Virus record (IMG/VR): IMGVR_UViG_3300037258_000125
Location: 4,068-68,067 of that record
Reading direction: 5' to 3' (one strand)
Origin: a virus
DNA length: 64,000 bases
Shown here: positions 47,236 through 56,279 of the stretch, one piece after another
How positions within the stretch are numbered: position 1 is the first letter of the stretch
How the letters are laid out: every line of letters starts with the position of its first letter
The notes under the pieces: model-generated
What the model was told of the DNA's origin: nothing
Database searches by the model: none
What the model saw: the letters and a program-made list of their open reading frames with translations, nothing else
Made by a program: the position numbers and the translations under genes

Positions 47236-47483
47236 ATCCTCCGAATGTTAATGATCGTAAGCGCGCCAACTACTTCTTCGAAAGCGTCAGCCTTACTATC
47301 GGAAACAAACATATCAACGATGATATTGCCGTCACGATCGATAGCAATGTCGTTTGTTGCGTCGCCTAAGGTCTTTAGAGCGTCAAAGAACTTAGCAACG
47401 ATTACTCTTGCTTGATCGTAGGTACAAGCTTCCTCTTCAGCGACAAGTTCTTCAACCTTCGCTGTTAACCTAAACTTGATCAT
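47229..47483 (-). CDS. Acidic hypothetical protein
   Basis: Start set at MIKFRL because the upstream ATG abuts the -10 box. Confidence 0.6.
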   Translation of the reverse strand: MIKFRLTAKVEELVAEEEACTYDQARVIVAKFFDALKTLGDATNDIAIDRDGNIIVDMFVSDSKADAFEEVVGALTIINIRRIW

Positions 47484-47525
47484 CTGATGTACCCCTGTTT
47501 CATAGCTTATTAACCAATACACCAT

Positions 47526-47632
47526 ATTTTATAGTAGTTTAGAGGTCAAATCAATGGTCAAAATGAAGAGCCGGTCCACATAAAATTATGGTCACACGGT
47601 CATAGGACATAAAGACCAAAGTCTTTGGTCTT
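47526..47632 (-). promoter_or_regulatory. sigma70-like promoter with several GACC boxes and a perfect palindrome
   Basis: GACCA-TTGATT-TGACC..(N17)-TAAAAT; AAGACCAAAG-T-CTTTGGTCTT at 47612-47632. Confidence 0.75.
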
Positions 47633-47700
47633 CGACATATCTGTTTAAGGAGCGAGCCATACCACTTTAGCCTGCGCTATGACTGCTCTTGCATGCGTAG

Positions 47701-47883
47701 TCACCCAATGTGCAGGAATGACTCTCGGCACACCCAAACACTGCTTTGGGTCTCTGCCCTGCGCCTCTGCACTTGGTAATGTGGAAAGCGTTCGTGATGA
47801 TGCCAACGAACACGATAGGTTTCGTTCTTCATCTGGAACTCTTTCCAGTCTTGATGTCGGCTAGCGTTGATGAGCATTGGCAA
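47701..47883 (-). CDS. Hypothetical protein
   Basis: 60 aa ORF. Confidence 0.45.
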   Translation of the reverse strand: MPMLINASRHQDWKEFQMKNETYRVRWHHHERFPHYQVQRRRAETQSSVWVCRESFLHIG

Positions 47884-47884
47884 T

Positions 47885-48112
47885 CTATCCCCTGTTTCCG
47901 GTTGGCTCTAAGTCCGATTGTGGATGAGATCCTACCGAATCCTGAAGCCTTAAATGAGGCCAATAGATAAGGTAGGTTTGATCACTTGAGCGGTGCGTTA
48001 TTACATAGCCAAGAGTTCCTGGATCTACGTAATTGTCGGATAGCCCGATTCGAGTACGATTGATAGCACGTACTTCGAGCTTACCTTTCTTGAACTGAGC
48101 TTTAGTTGGCAT
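47885..48112 (-). CDS. Hypothetical protein
   Basis: 75 aa, first gene after a promoter. Confidence 0.6.
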   Translation of the reverse strand: MPTKAQFKKGKLEVRAINRTRIGLSDNYVDPGTLGYVITHRSSDQTYLIYWPHLRLQDSVGSHPQSDLEPTGNRG

Positions 48113-48144
48113 TGGTTGTACCCTGTAAATGTTGTAGCCTAATT

Positions 48145-48190
48145 ATAATACCATCTTTCTAGAGTCAAATCAAGAGTCCAAATGATGGTC
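48145..48190 (-). promoter_or_regulatory. sigma70-like promoter with GACY boxes
   Basis: GACCATCATTTGGACTC-TTGATT-TGACT..(N17)-TATTAT. Confidence 0.8.
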
Positions 48191-48313
48191 GGGAGCACCT
48201 GAGCGCATGGCTACTCTACTGTAACCCTTAGTGACTATTTTATTGTTCCGTTCGCTTCGGTGCCTTTAGAAATCGTAGGTTAGGGCATCATGTTTGGGGA
48301 ATGTTCTATGGCT

Positions 48314-48609
48314 AACTAGGGGAAAGTAGTTTTTGGTCAATTGAGCTAACTCGTTGATTTTATTAAGGAAAAGTAGTATCATTACTTACTTACTCTTTTT
48401 AAGAAATAGTATAAGAAAAAATAAAGGAATAGATATAGAATAGTAATAGAATAATAGGAATAGAATAGGAAGATATGTAGGAATATGTAGGAAGATAAAA
48501 AATAAAGAATATAGAATCTGTTAAACAAACTAAGTAAGTAGGGAAAGTACTTTTCTTTAATGATTTCAATAGGTTAACAAGGAAGTGCCGAAACTACTTT
48601 CCCCTAGTT
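48314..48609. repeat. Nested inverted repeat around an AT/purine-rich core (origin or terminus candidate)
   Basis: Perfect 19-bp IR AACTAGGGGAAAGTAGTTT (48314-48332 / 48591-48609); inner TACTTACTTA/TAAGTAAGTA. Confidence 0.85.
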
Positions 48610-48870
48610 TCTAAAGGAATGTTTGAGGAATGTTGGCAATTACCTATGGTTTTTAGGTGACCTAATATGTAGGACGATTGATCAGAACGATAGTGTATTG
48701 TAGGACTTAACAGAGACCCTTCGGCCCGGACACATCAGTACTATTTAGGAGCAGTCGGATTTTGGTCGGCCAGCTTCAGACGTTTATTGGCAACGGCAAC
48801 CACCAGTACAACCGCTCCGACTATATGACGGTTTGGGACATGTCGGACCGGTCCTTAGGTGACCAAAAGA

Positions 48871-48898
48871 ACTGGGAGACCCTCTCGAGCCTCCCAGT
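48871..48898 (-). terminator. Hairpin terminator
   Basis: ACTGGGAG...CTCCCAGT followed by TCTTTT on the minus strand. Confidence 0.65.
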
Positions 48899-48997
48899 GT
48901 TCCTTAGTGCCCTACATGTGCTGCATGTGACAGTACCTGTATAAGGATAAGGAGCGATAGCGTCCCGAAGAACGCTACCGCAAAGTAGTGGACCGCG

Positions 48998-49267
48998 TTA
49001 GACCTGCGCTGCGGTCTTGATCTTCTGGTTCAGCTGGTTGCGGACGTGCTGATACTTCACCGGTTTGGTGTACAGCGCGTTCTTGCCCACGAGACCGCTG
49101 AGGTACTTGGCGATCGGCCCCGTCTTCCAACCGAGGTTCGCAAGGAACCGCATCGCTTGCGCTTTGGTCGTGTACCCGGCGATCGTCTTTTCCTGAGCCG
49201 ACGTCAGGGTATTGACCGCGGGAACCACAGCAGTGGCAACGGCGGCAGTGTTGGTCTTGTCGTTCAT
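48998..49267 (-). CDS. HTH-like DNA-binding protein (paralog 3)
   Basis: YTTKAQAMRFLANLGWKTGPIAKYL...VKYQHVRNQL. Confidence 0.75.
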   Translation of the reverse strand: MNDKTNTAAVATAVVPAVNTLTSAQEKTIAGYTTKAQAMRFLANLGWKTGPIAKYLSGLVGKNALYTKPVKYQHVRNQLNQKIKTAAQV

Positions 49268-49317
49268 GTTGTGATCGTCCTTCTATTAGGTTGAAGTCAT
49301 TTCAACCTTACAAAACT

Positions 49318-49362
49318 ATAATATCGCATCCTCTGGGTCAAATCAACAACAATCTTATAGTC
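49318..49362 (-). promoter_or_regulatory. sigma70-like promoter with GACY boxes
   Basis: GACTATAAGATTGTTG-TTGATT-TGACC..(N17)-TATTAT. Confidence 0.7.
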
Positions 49363-49506
49363 GGCCTATATGATTTATTGCCTTGGCTACCGAGCCCAGC
49401 GAATTTTGCTTGGCTCAGTCCTTTATTGGCAACTAGGCCAGCTAGCCTAGGGCTAAATTCCTATGACCGGGCATACCAGTCCAACCGGTCCCCAGGTAAG
49501 GGAATA

Positions 49507-49526
49507 GGAGGATCTTTCGATCCTCC
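49507..49526 (-). terminator. GAAA-loop hairpin
   Basis: GGAGGATC-GAAA-GATCCTCC just after a stop codon. Confidence 0.65.
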
Positions 49527-49534
49527 CGTTCCGC

Positions 49535-49711
49535 TCAGGATTTATCGCGGATCACGTACGTGATCGTTTGTATGAGCGTGAGCATGCGAGCTAGGTACTT
49601 TGGTTCCTGTGGATCGTTCTTGATCTCTTCCCTGTGGAACTCCAGATCCTTCTTCATGGACTCAAGCGTTGGAACCGAGAAAATACAAACCATTTCTTTA
49701 CTGAGCATCAT
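49535..49711 (-). CDS. Small early protein (58 aa)
   Basis: MMLSKEMVCIF...VIRDKS; RBS AAGGAG; promoter TTGCGG-N17-TATTAT at 49743-49771; translated by hand. Confidence 0.7.
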   Translation of the reverse strand: MMLSKEMVCIFSVPTLESMKKDLEFHREEIKNDPQEPKYLARMLTLIQTITYVIRDKS

Positions 49712-50016
49712 AATCGTTCTCCTTTGTTTACCTTACCATTTTATAATAGCGCATGTCCTAATATGCCGCAACTACTAATATCGCTTAGCTGATAAGCGAT
49801 TTCGCTTGGCCTGGTTAACCGGTCCCTTGTGGTAAGACTATAGTCCTAGGACCTACGCCTAGGACTATGAGCCTATTGGACTAGCCCAGCTATAACGACG
49901 TGGGCTACATAAACCCCGTACGTTATATAGAACAGGGATAGTACAGTCACTGCTACACTAACAGTGACAACGATGTCGGTACGTCCCATAGGGGATCTCC
50001 AACTGTTGAGGGTGGT

Positions 50017-50041
50017 GGGTGGGTCCTAATAAGACCCACCC
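50017..50041 (-). terminator. Hairpin after HTH paralog 4
   Basis: GGGTGGGTC...GACCCACCC. Confidence 0.55.
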
Positions 50042-50050
50042 TATTGGATG

Positions 50051-50248
50051 TTACTGACCCTTCAGAGGAGTGATCAGTACGTTCCTGACCCACTGGTATT
50101 TGATGTTGAGGACCTTAGCGATGGCGCCTCGTTTGAGACCCTGACCATCCAGGTACCGAATCTTGGCTGACGTAGTAGTGAGCGTGGTCAGGTGGATAGG
50201 ATCGAAAGCAAGTGGTTCGGTGATGGGTTGTTCTTTAGTCTTAGACAT
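50051..50248 (-). CDS. HTH-like DNA-binding protein (paralog 4)
   Basis: TTTSAKIRYLDGQGLKRGAIAKVLNIKYQWVRNVL; start MSKTK. Confidence 0.75.
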   Translation of the reverse strand: MSKTKEQPITEPLAFDPIHLTTLTTTSAKIRYLDGQGLKRGAIAKVLNIKYQWVRNVLITPLKGQ

Positions 50249-50577
50249 TTTAGTACCCTTCGTTTTGGTTGGTTGCTTAATTGCTAACCAATGATCATAG
50301 TATATAAGGGAATAATATTCCCGCACGTACTATTTTAGCTTGACTGATAAGCGAATTTCGATGGGCTCAATCAGATACCGAGTAATTTTCGGACTAGGAA
50401 TATATTCCTATTCAAAAAGCAACTCAGTATCCCGCAAAACGTACGGTATTCTATAGGATTTTTGGAGGCCATATTCAGGTGTGATCTCTCCTAACAAACG
50501 TACGATATTTTTGCGGAAATTTGAGGGGCCATATCCTGAATAGTCAAATATCTTTTGGTCACACCGAAAAAACCCTC

Positions 50578-50606
50578 TTGACGTCTCATCTGACCTCTGT
50601 TATAAT
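50578..50606 (+). promoter_or_regulatory. sigma70-like promoter of the packaging arm
   Basis: TTGACG-N17-TATAAT with GACC in the spacer. Confidence 0.8.
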
Positions 50607-50764
50607 TGGAGCACAGTACAACACTGAATCGGAATAGGACAGTGATCATGAGACTGTTCGCTCTTAATTTCCACCACAGTGAGTATCCTTGGGAAAAGGC
50701 GACTCCAGTGGAACTCGAGCTCCGTGAAATGTTGTTGCTGGTAATCCGAAACCAGGAGAAGCTC

Positions 50765-51181
50765 ATGTCCGTACAAGATGACCTTGTTGCGGTAGTCCAA
50801 GCACTATCTGATGGCTACGCAGCACTTCACAACGATATCACTGCAGAGCTTGCTGCGTTGTCAGCTGCTCAAGCTGCTGGTGATACCACGAAGGTGGTTC
50901 AGTCGATCGCCAACATCCAGAATATCGTCAATTCGATGGCTACTGACGCAGCCGCTCTATCCACTTCCGCTGGTGCTACCGCGACTGCTCCAGTCAATCC
51001 TCCGGCGCCAGCAGTTCCGCCGACAACGACTCCAGCTTCTGTATCTGTCACGCCGGCTCCTGATGCGCCTGCAACCTCTGCTCCTGCGGATGGTTCGAAT
51101 CCCGCTCCCGTGGCTGATCAAGCGGCGCCAGCTGATGCTGCTCCTCCGGCTACTCCGGACACGCCTCCCGTTCAGTCCTAA
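50765..51181 (+). CDS. Coiled-coil protein with Pro/Ala tail (start may be 50648)
   Basis: RBS AGGAG; followed by a terminator. Confidence 0.65.
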   Translation: MSVQDDLVAVVQALSDGYAALHNDITAELAALSAAQAAGDTTKVVQSIANIQNIVNSMATDAAALSTSAGATATAPVNPPAPAVPPTTTPASVSVTPAPDAPATSAPADGSNPAPVADQAAPADAAPPATPDTPPVQS

Positions 51182-51212
51182 GAGCTGGTGCTATCGTACT
51201 GATCTGAACACT

Positions 51213-51242
51213 CCCGGGAGACTAACCTCTCCCGGGTTTATT
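51213..51242 (+). terminator. Intrinsic terminator
   Basis: CCCGGGAGA-CTAACC-TCTCCCGGG-TTTATT. Confidence 0.75.
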
Positions 51243-51257
51243 CCTAAGAAGGGTGTT

Positions 51258-51569
51258 ATGGCCAATTTTATCCCTAGAGTTATTACACAAGAGAGTGCAG
51301 CACAGGGATATAATAATGAAGGGCGTGGCAAACTCCTTGGTTATGTTGCCAGACCTTCAGAGCATGAAGAGACGTGCCGCTATCGTATTTCTACAGGAGG
51401 TGATCCTAATAAAGAGCCTCACGAACCTTGTTCTTGTCGTATCGGATTATGGAAAGATGAGACTATGGTTAAGGGTCCGTCAGGTAAAGTGCAAAAGTCA
51501 AAGGCTCTGCGTAAACCACGCAAGGTTTCTAAAAGGAAACCTGTCCGTAAGGCAAAGAACAAAGGGTAG
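51258..51569 (+). CDS. Basic hypothetical protein
   Basis: Start MANFIP; H..C..CSC; Lys-rich tail. Confidence 0.55.
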   Translation: MANFIPRVITQESAAQGYNNEGRGKLLGYVARPSEHEETCRYRISTGGDPNKEPHEPCSCRIGLWKDETMVKGPSGKVQKSKALRKPRKVSKRKPVRKAKNKG

Positions 51570-51926
51570 ATGGGTCAAGTGGGTCAAGTGGGTCAAGTGG
51601 GTCAAGTGGGGAAATTTCTTCGCAAGTTTGGAAGACCGCCCAGTGAGACTTTCGGGTATCTCCACGGCGAAGGGTTTGCTCATTGGTGTCCTGGATGTGA
51701 ACAGATTCATGCGTTTGCAGTAACTGCACCATTTGACAATGGCTGCAAATGGACATTCGACAACAACCTTGAAGAGCCGACGTTCACGCCAAGTATGAAT
51801 ATCGGTCCAGGATTTTGTCATTATCACCTGACTAAAGGCAAATTGATATTCGGAAGTGATTGCCATCACGAGCTTAAAGGCAAAACCGTTCCACTACCAG
51901 AGCTACCTGAATGGGCGAGAGACTAA
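51570..51926 (+). CDS. DUF6527-like Cys/His protein
   Basis: WCPGC...WTFDNN.E.PTFTPS...CH.H...G.L.F..DC.H.L.G. Confidence 0.7.
   Translation: MGQVGQVGQVGQVGKFLRKFGRPPSETFGYLHGEGFAHWCPGCEQIHAFAVTAPFDNGCKWTFDNNLEEPTFTPSMNIGPGFCHYHLTKGKLIFGSDCHHELKGKTVPLPELPEWARD
51572..51607 (+). repeat. 9-bp tandem repeat x4 (GGGTCAAGT)
   Basis: Exact copies encoding (GQV)4. Confidence 0.95.
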
Positions 51927-52237
51927 TGGCAGAGAAACTCAACGTTCAGGGTATTCGGGTTGATAGCTTACCCTTCAACGCTCCCGCAGGTTACTTCTGC
52001 TTCGAGTATGAAGGTGATAAGATTGTTCGTCTACGTTGCGGTTGTCCCTGTGGTTGTGGCGCTCATCACGGCGCACGCTTTACAGGTGAGGGAGCTTGGG
52101 GCTTCGACGGCAACCTAGATAAGCCAACAGTAACAGGTTCTTTCGGTATGTATCCATCGTACCGTAGTGAAACATTACGAGAAGGTAAGTACCATTGGCA
52201 TGGTCACCTCCGTAATGGCGTCTTTGAGGAATGCTAA
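51926..52237 (+). CDS. Second DUF6527-like protein
   Basis: CPCGCG...WGFDGN..KPTVTGS...WHGHLRNG; TAATG-coupled start. Confidence 0.65.
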   Translation: MAEKLNVQGIRVDSLPFNAPAGYFCFEYEGDKIVRLRCGCPCGCGAHHGARFTGEGAWGFDGNLDKPTVTGSFGMYPSYRSETLREGKYHWHGHLRNGVFEEC

Positions 52238-52241
52238 GCCA

Positions 52242-53378
52242 ATGGGACAGATTACGGACCTAGAGCAATTCAAGCGAGGGGTTAAGAATAACCCTAAGCC
52301 TGAGACTATTGAGCTTCCTGATGTATTGAAGACCGATAGCCATAGCACTAATGGCTCCCCATCTCAACAGTCTCACTCTCAACAGTCAACAGCTCATGAT
52401 GCACTGGACGGTGAGATAGTCACTCCCACTGGTGCTCACGACCCTATCAATTCTCTGGTTCCGTTGCATGGGGACATTCTACCTCCGACGGAACAACCGA
52501 AATCGAATATCCCAGCTTCCCTCACTGGAATCGATCTTACGAAGACGATGACTCGTGCAGAGCTCATCTTCGCGCTCCAAAATAACATACCACGGAATGA
52601 ATACAATCTCCCGCGATATCTCTATCGCACTGACCTCTTGGATCCAGGTATCTTCCATCTGACGGAACAAGAGCAGCAAGAGATTGACAACGGCGAAAAC
52701 GACAAGTATCAGATTATGCAGGCATCTTTAGATGCAGCAGTCCTTGAATTGACCTATCAAGAGGGCTTTCCCGCCTTCAGGGCTACCGGTGCTGCTATCT
52801 GGTCAAAACTGGACTTTGAGAGTCCTGAAGACCATGACTTGTTCGAATCTTATCGTTCTCTGCCGGGAGCTCGCCAACTTGAGCTATTACCGGCACAACA
52901 TAAGAAGCGTACGATTGTGCTCTTCCATACCAACTATTGGGCTGTTCGAACACTAGCATCCGACGCTTTTGCTTCCGTTCACATGCGTAGAATGCGCGAA
53001 CAGCGTATCTTGAAGACAGATGACGCGCATTTTCTCATGTCAGAACGATTGATTACCAAGCTAAAAGATGTCGAATCTGGCGTAAATTGGGACGTCTTGA
53101 AGGAGAATCCGCAGGAATTTGTGCAGACTTTAGAGCGTGTTGCTAAGCTCCAACGGCAGTCTTTGGGGCTCGTTTCTGCTAATGGTTCAGGTGGAAAAGC
53201 TCCAGAAGGCGTCGAATCAGTCCAATCTGCTATGCGTCGTTCACTAGAACAGCCTGTTCAGTCAGAAGCCACTAGTGCTCCCGAAGCAGCAGATATCCTG
53301 AAATTGCTCGGTGACGACAAGTTGGCTGGTATGGCGCAAGAGGTCATTCTCAGGGTCCAACGAAAGCCGCGCACGTGA
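52242..53378 (+). CDS. Putative terminase small subunit
   Basis: Position only: directly upstream of and coupled to TerL; no motif recognised. Confidence 0.45.
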   Translation: MGQITDLEQFKRGVKNNPKPETIELPDVLKTDSHSTNGSPSQQSHSQQSTAHDALDGEIVTPTGAHDPINSLVPLHGDILPPTEQPKSNIPASLTGIDLTKTMTRAELIFALQNNIPRNEYNLPRYLYRTDLLDPGIFHLTEQEQQEIDNGENDKYQIMQASLDAAVLELTYQEGFPAFRATGAAIWSKLDFESPEDHDLFESYRSLPGARQLELLPAQHKKRTIVLFHTNYWAVRTLASDAFASVHMRRMREQRILKTDDAHFLMSERLITKLKDVESGVNWDVLKENPQEFVQTLERVAKLQRQSLGLVSANGSGGKAPEGVESVQSAMRRSLEQPVQSEATSAPEAADILKLLGDDKLAGMAQEVILRVQRKPRT

Positions 53379-54877
53379 CAATTAACGTACAGGATAGAGA
53401 AGCACTCCTTCAAGTCGCTAACTCTTGGCGAATGACTCCTGCTACGTTTATGAACAAGGTTACGAATGATCAGTGGATCCCTGCACCGTGGTTGCAATAT
53501 TGTTCTCTCAGAATTGCACGAGGTATCGTTAGAGGTGGTGCACGCATCATCATCTCCGCTCCGCCTCGTCACGGTAAGACTGAGCTCGTCTCTGTAGGCA
53601 CCTCTGCTTGGGTTCTCGAGAACTTTCCTCGCAAGAACATTATCCTTGCAGCGTACGGTGCTGACCTTGCAGAGCAGTATGGTCGTAAGGTCAGAGATCT
53701 TATCATTGATCGCAAGGACATCTTAGACGCTCGTATCAGAGCTGACGTCTCGAGAGTCAATGCGTTCTTGACAGAGACAGATGGATACATGTTCTCTGTC
53801 GGTCTTGGTGGTGCAATCACTGGTCGTGGTGCTCACGTCCTACTGATTGACGATTACATCAAGGAGATCAAGGAAGCTCTATCGCCTGCTCATCGGGACT
53901 ATATCTACGATTGGTTCAGAACAACAGCACGAACTCGTTTAGAGCCAGGCGCTTCCATCATCATTATCGCTACCAGATGGCATAGCGACGATCTTATCGG
54001 ACGGCTTGTCAAGCTCTTTCCTGGACGCTGGGAGAATATCGTATTCCCTGCTATCGCTGAGGAGGGAGATCCTCTCAACGCCATTATCGGTAGGAAACCT
54101 GGTGAAGCTCTTTTCCCAGACAGGTACGACATCAAGAGCCTGATGGAGACGAAGGAAGAGCTTGGATCTGTTTACTTCGATGCTCTGTATCAACAAAAGC
54201 CAGTTGATGAATCCAAGCGTCTCGCAGATGGTTCATGGTTAAAGCTATCCGCTGAGATTCCTCATCCATCAAGGCTCCGCTCGATCAGAATGTGGGATCT
54301 TGCAGCGACTCAAGGTGGCGGTGACTTTACAGTCGGATCACTATGTGGTTACGCTCGCGATACAGATATGTTCTTTATCATGAATATCGTTCGCAGGCAA
54401 TTGTCACCACATTCCGTCGAAGATCTTGTTCGTCAGACCGCAATCTCTGATGGGACTGGAACTGAGATTGGGATTGAGCAAGAACCAGGATCAGCTGGTT
54501 TGGCTCTCGTCGAACACTATGCACGTAACGTAGTCCCTGAATTTCGCGTCACACCTTTTCCGGTGACGAAGAATAAGATCGTCAGAGCTCAACCTCTACT
54601 GGCCGGTGCTGAGGCGGGGAAAGTTATCCTTGCTATCGCATCCTGGAACAAAGAGTACATTGATGAGTTCAACGAGTTCCCTGGTGACTTCGACGATCAG
54701 ATTGATACCACATCAGCCGCGTTTACTAAGTTGACAGGGAAGAAGTTTTTCACTGCGTCTTGGGGACGCAACCTTCCATCGGACAATACAAAGAAATCAC
54801 TTGGTGGAGCACAGAAAGCTTCATTCAGTCTTGGTCGTAGAGCTGCATCTTGGGGTAGGAGCAATTATAATGTCTGA
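53375..54877 (+). CDS. terL: Terminase large subunit
   Basis: PPRHGKT, ITGRGA.VLLIDD, TRWHSDD, WDLA, DDQID. Confidence 0.95.
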   Translation: MTINVQDREALLQVANSWRMTPATFMNKVTNDQWIPAPWLQYCSLRIARGIVRGGARIIISAPPRHGKTELVSVGTSAWVLENFPRKNIILAAYGADLAEQYGRKVRDLIIDRKDILDARIRADVSRVNAFLTETDGYMFSVGLGGAITGRGAHVLLIDDYIKEIKEALSPAHRDYIYDWFRTTARTRLEPGASIIIIATRWHSDDLIGRLVKLFPGRWENIVFPAIAEEGDPLNAIIGRKPGEALFPDRYDIKSLMETKEELGSVYFDALYQQKPVDESKRLADGSWLKLSAEIPHPSRLRSIRMWDLAATQGGGDFTVGSLCGYARDTDMFFIMNIVRRQLSPHSVEDLVRQTAISDGTGTEIGIEQEPGSAGLALVEHYARNVVPEFRVTPFPVTKNKIVRAQPLLAGAEAGKVILAIASWNKEYIDEFNEFPGDFDDQIDTTSAAFTKLTGKKFFTASWGRNLPSDNTKKSLGGAQKASFSLGRRAASWGRSNYNV

Positions 54878-56279
54878 AGACGGCGAATCGAGATTTAGCT
54901 CATACCTTAACCGGGTACGTATGTTCCTGGCAGGTGTCTCATATCACGGCAAACGTGATATGTACGAGATCCTCGGATATAACCGATCTCCAACGAACCT
55001 GGATTATGCTGCAAGATATCTTCGTCAGGATATTGCACGCAGAATTGTCAACGCTCCTGTCCTATCGACTTGGGCAGATCCGCCCCAGATCGAAGTGGAT
55101 GATGCTGCATTTATGACTGCATGGGAGAATCATCTCGATGCAGTTCCTGTTTGGCACAACCTTATAAGGTTGGACAAGCTTGCCGGCCTCGGACAATTCG
55201 CTGGACTCGTGATCGGCTTCGATGATGGCGGAGCTCTCAACTCACCTGTTAAACCGGCACAAGGTCGTAAGGTCATCTATCTACAGCCTTACGCTGAAGC
55301 CGCTATCAAGGTTACGTCCTATGTGACGGATAATAAAGACCCGAAATTCGGGCAACCACTCCTATATGCAGTCTCTCCAGGACGATTCCGTCCGGAGCAA
55401 AGAACTGGTGCTATCGGGTTTACGTATTCGTCTGAGAATGGGCGTGCAATGTTCTCTGCACACAACTCTCGGATGTTGACTGTTGCTGACGAGCTACTCG
55501 AGGATGGTACCTTCGGCCACTCTCGTCTTGAGGACGTCTACAACCTACTCGACGATATGCTGAAGGTTACTGGCGGGGCTGCAGAGACCTGGTGGTTGTC
55601 AGCAAACCGAGGTATGCAGGTCGACGTCGATAAGGAAATGGATCTTGAACCCGAAGACGAAAAGAACCTTACTCAAGAGGTTCTGGATTGGCAAAACGAG
55701 CTCAGCCGTATCGTACGTACTCGTGGTGTCACAATGAAAGGTCTCGGCGGAGAGAAGTCTGACCCGACAGGTGTGTACACTGTGCTCAAGAACCAGATCT
55801 CTGGCGCTCGTGGAATTCCACAGACCATATTATTTGGTTCTTCTGCTAACGCGCAAGCGTCACAGCAAGATCGTGCTGCGTGGGCTGAACGAATTGGTGA
55901 ACGTGTTCGAGAGTACGCAGAACCGATTGTCTTTCGTCCGTATCTGAATATGCTCATCAATGCGGGTGTACTGCCAAAGCCAAAGCAGAATATTCAGATC
56001 AATTGGCCGGAAGCATACAAATTATCACCCCTGGAACGAGGACAAACTTCCGCGCAGATGGCTCGCTCTGCTGCGAACCTTTCCAAGGCTGATCGTGATA
56101 ATCCCGCTTCTGCTAAAGAACCGCCGCTCTTCAGCCGTGCGGAGAAACGGAAGATCGTATCCTTCGGATCTCGTGTTCCACAGTTCGAGTCTGATAAGCT
56201 CAATACGCTCTCTGATGCAAATCCAGATGATTCGCCTGCACAGCCTGGATCCAATGGTACTCCGGAAGGAGGACTATAA
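54870..56279 (+). CDS. Portal protein (DUF1073-like)
   Basis: Follows TerL; YLRQDIARRIV, GIPQTILFG. Confidence 0.85.
   Translation: MSEDGESRFSSYLNRVRMFLAGVSYHGKRDMYEILGYNRSPTNLDYAARYLRQDIARRIVNAPVLSTWADPPQIEVDDAAFMTAWENHLDAVPVWHNLIRLDKLAGLGQFAGLVIGFDDGGALNSPVKPAQGRKVIYLQPYAEAAIKVTSYVTDNKDPKFGQPLLYAVSPGRFRPEQRTGAIGFTYSSENGRAMFSAHNSRMLTVADELLEDGTFGHSRLEDVYNLLDDMLKVTGGAAETWWLSANRGMQVDVDKEMDLEPEDEKNLTQEVLDWQNELSRIVRTRGVTMKGLGGEKSDPTGVYTVLKNQISGARGIPQTILFGSSANAQASQQDRAAWAERIGERVREYAEPIVFRPYLNMLINAGVLPKPKQNIQINWPEAYKLSPLERGQTSAQMARSAANLSKADRDNPASAKEPPLFSRAEKRKIVSFGSRVPQFESDKLNTLSDANPDDSPAQPGSNGTPEGGL

Noticed and set aside
51085-51112. GGTTCGAATCCC, tRNA T-loop-like
   Set aside because: Flanks do not form a T-stem or cloverleaf; lies in a coding frame (DGSNP)
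50811-51257. 5' part of the 252-aa ORF 50811-51569
   Set aside because: Alternative frame over the Pro/Ala-rich gene and crosses a terminator; real start likely 51258
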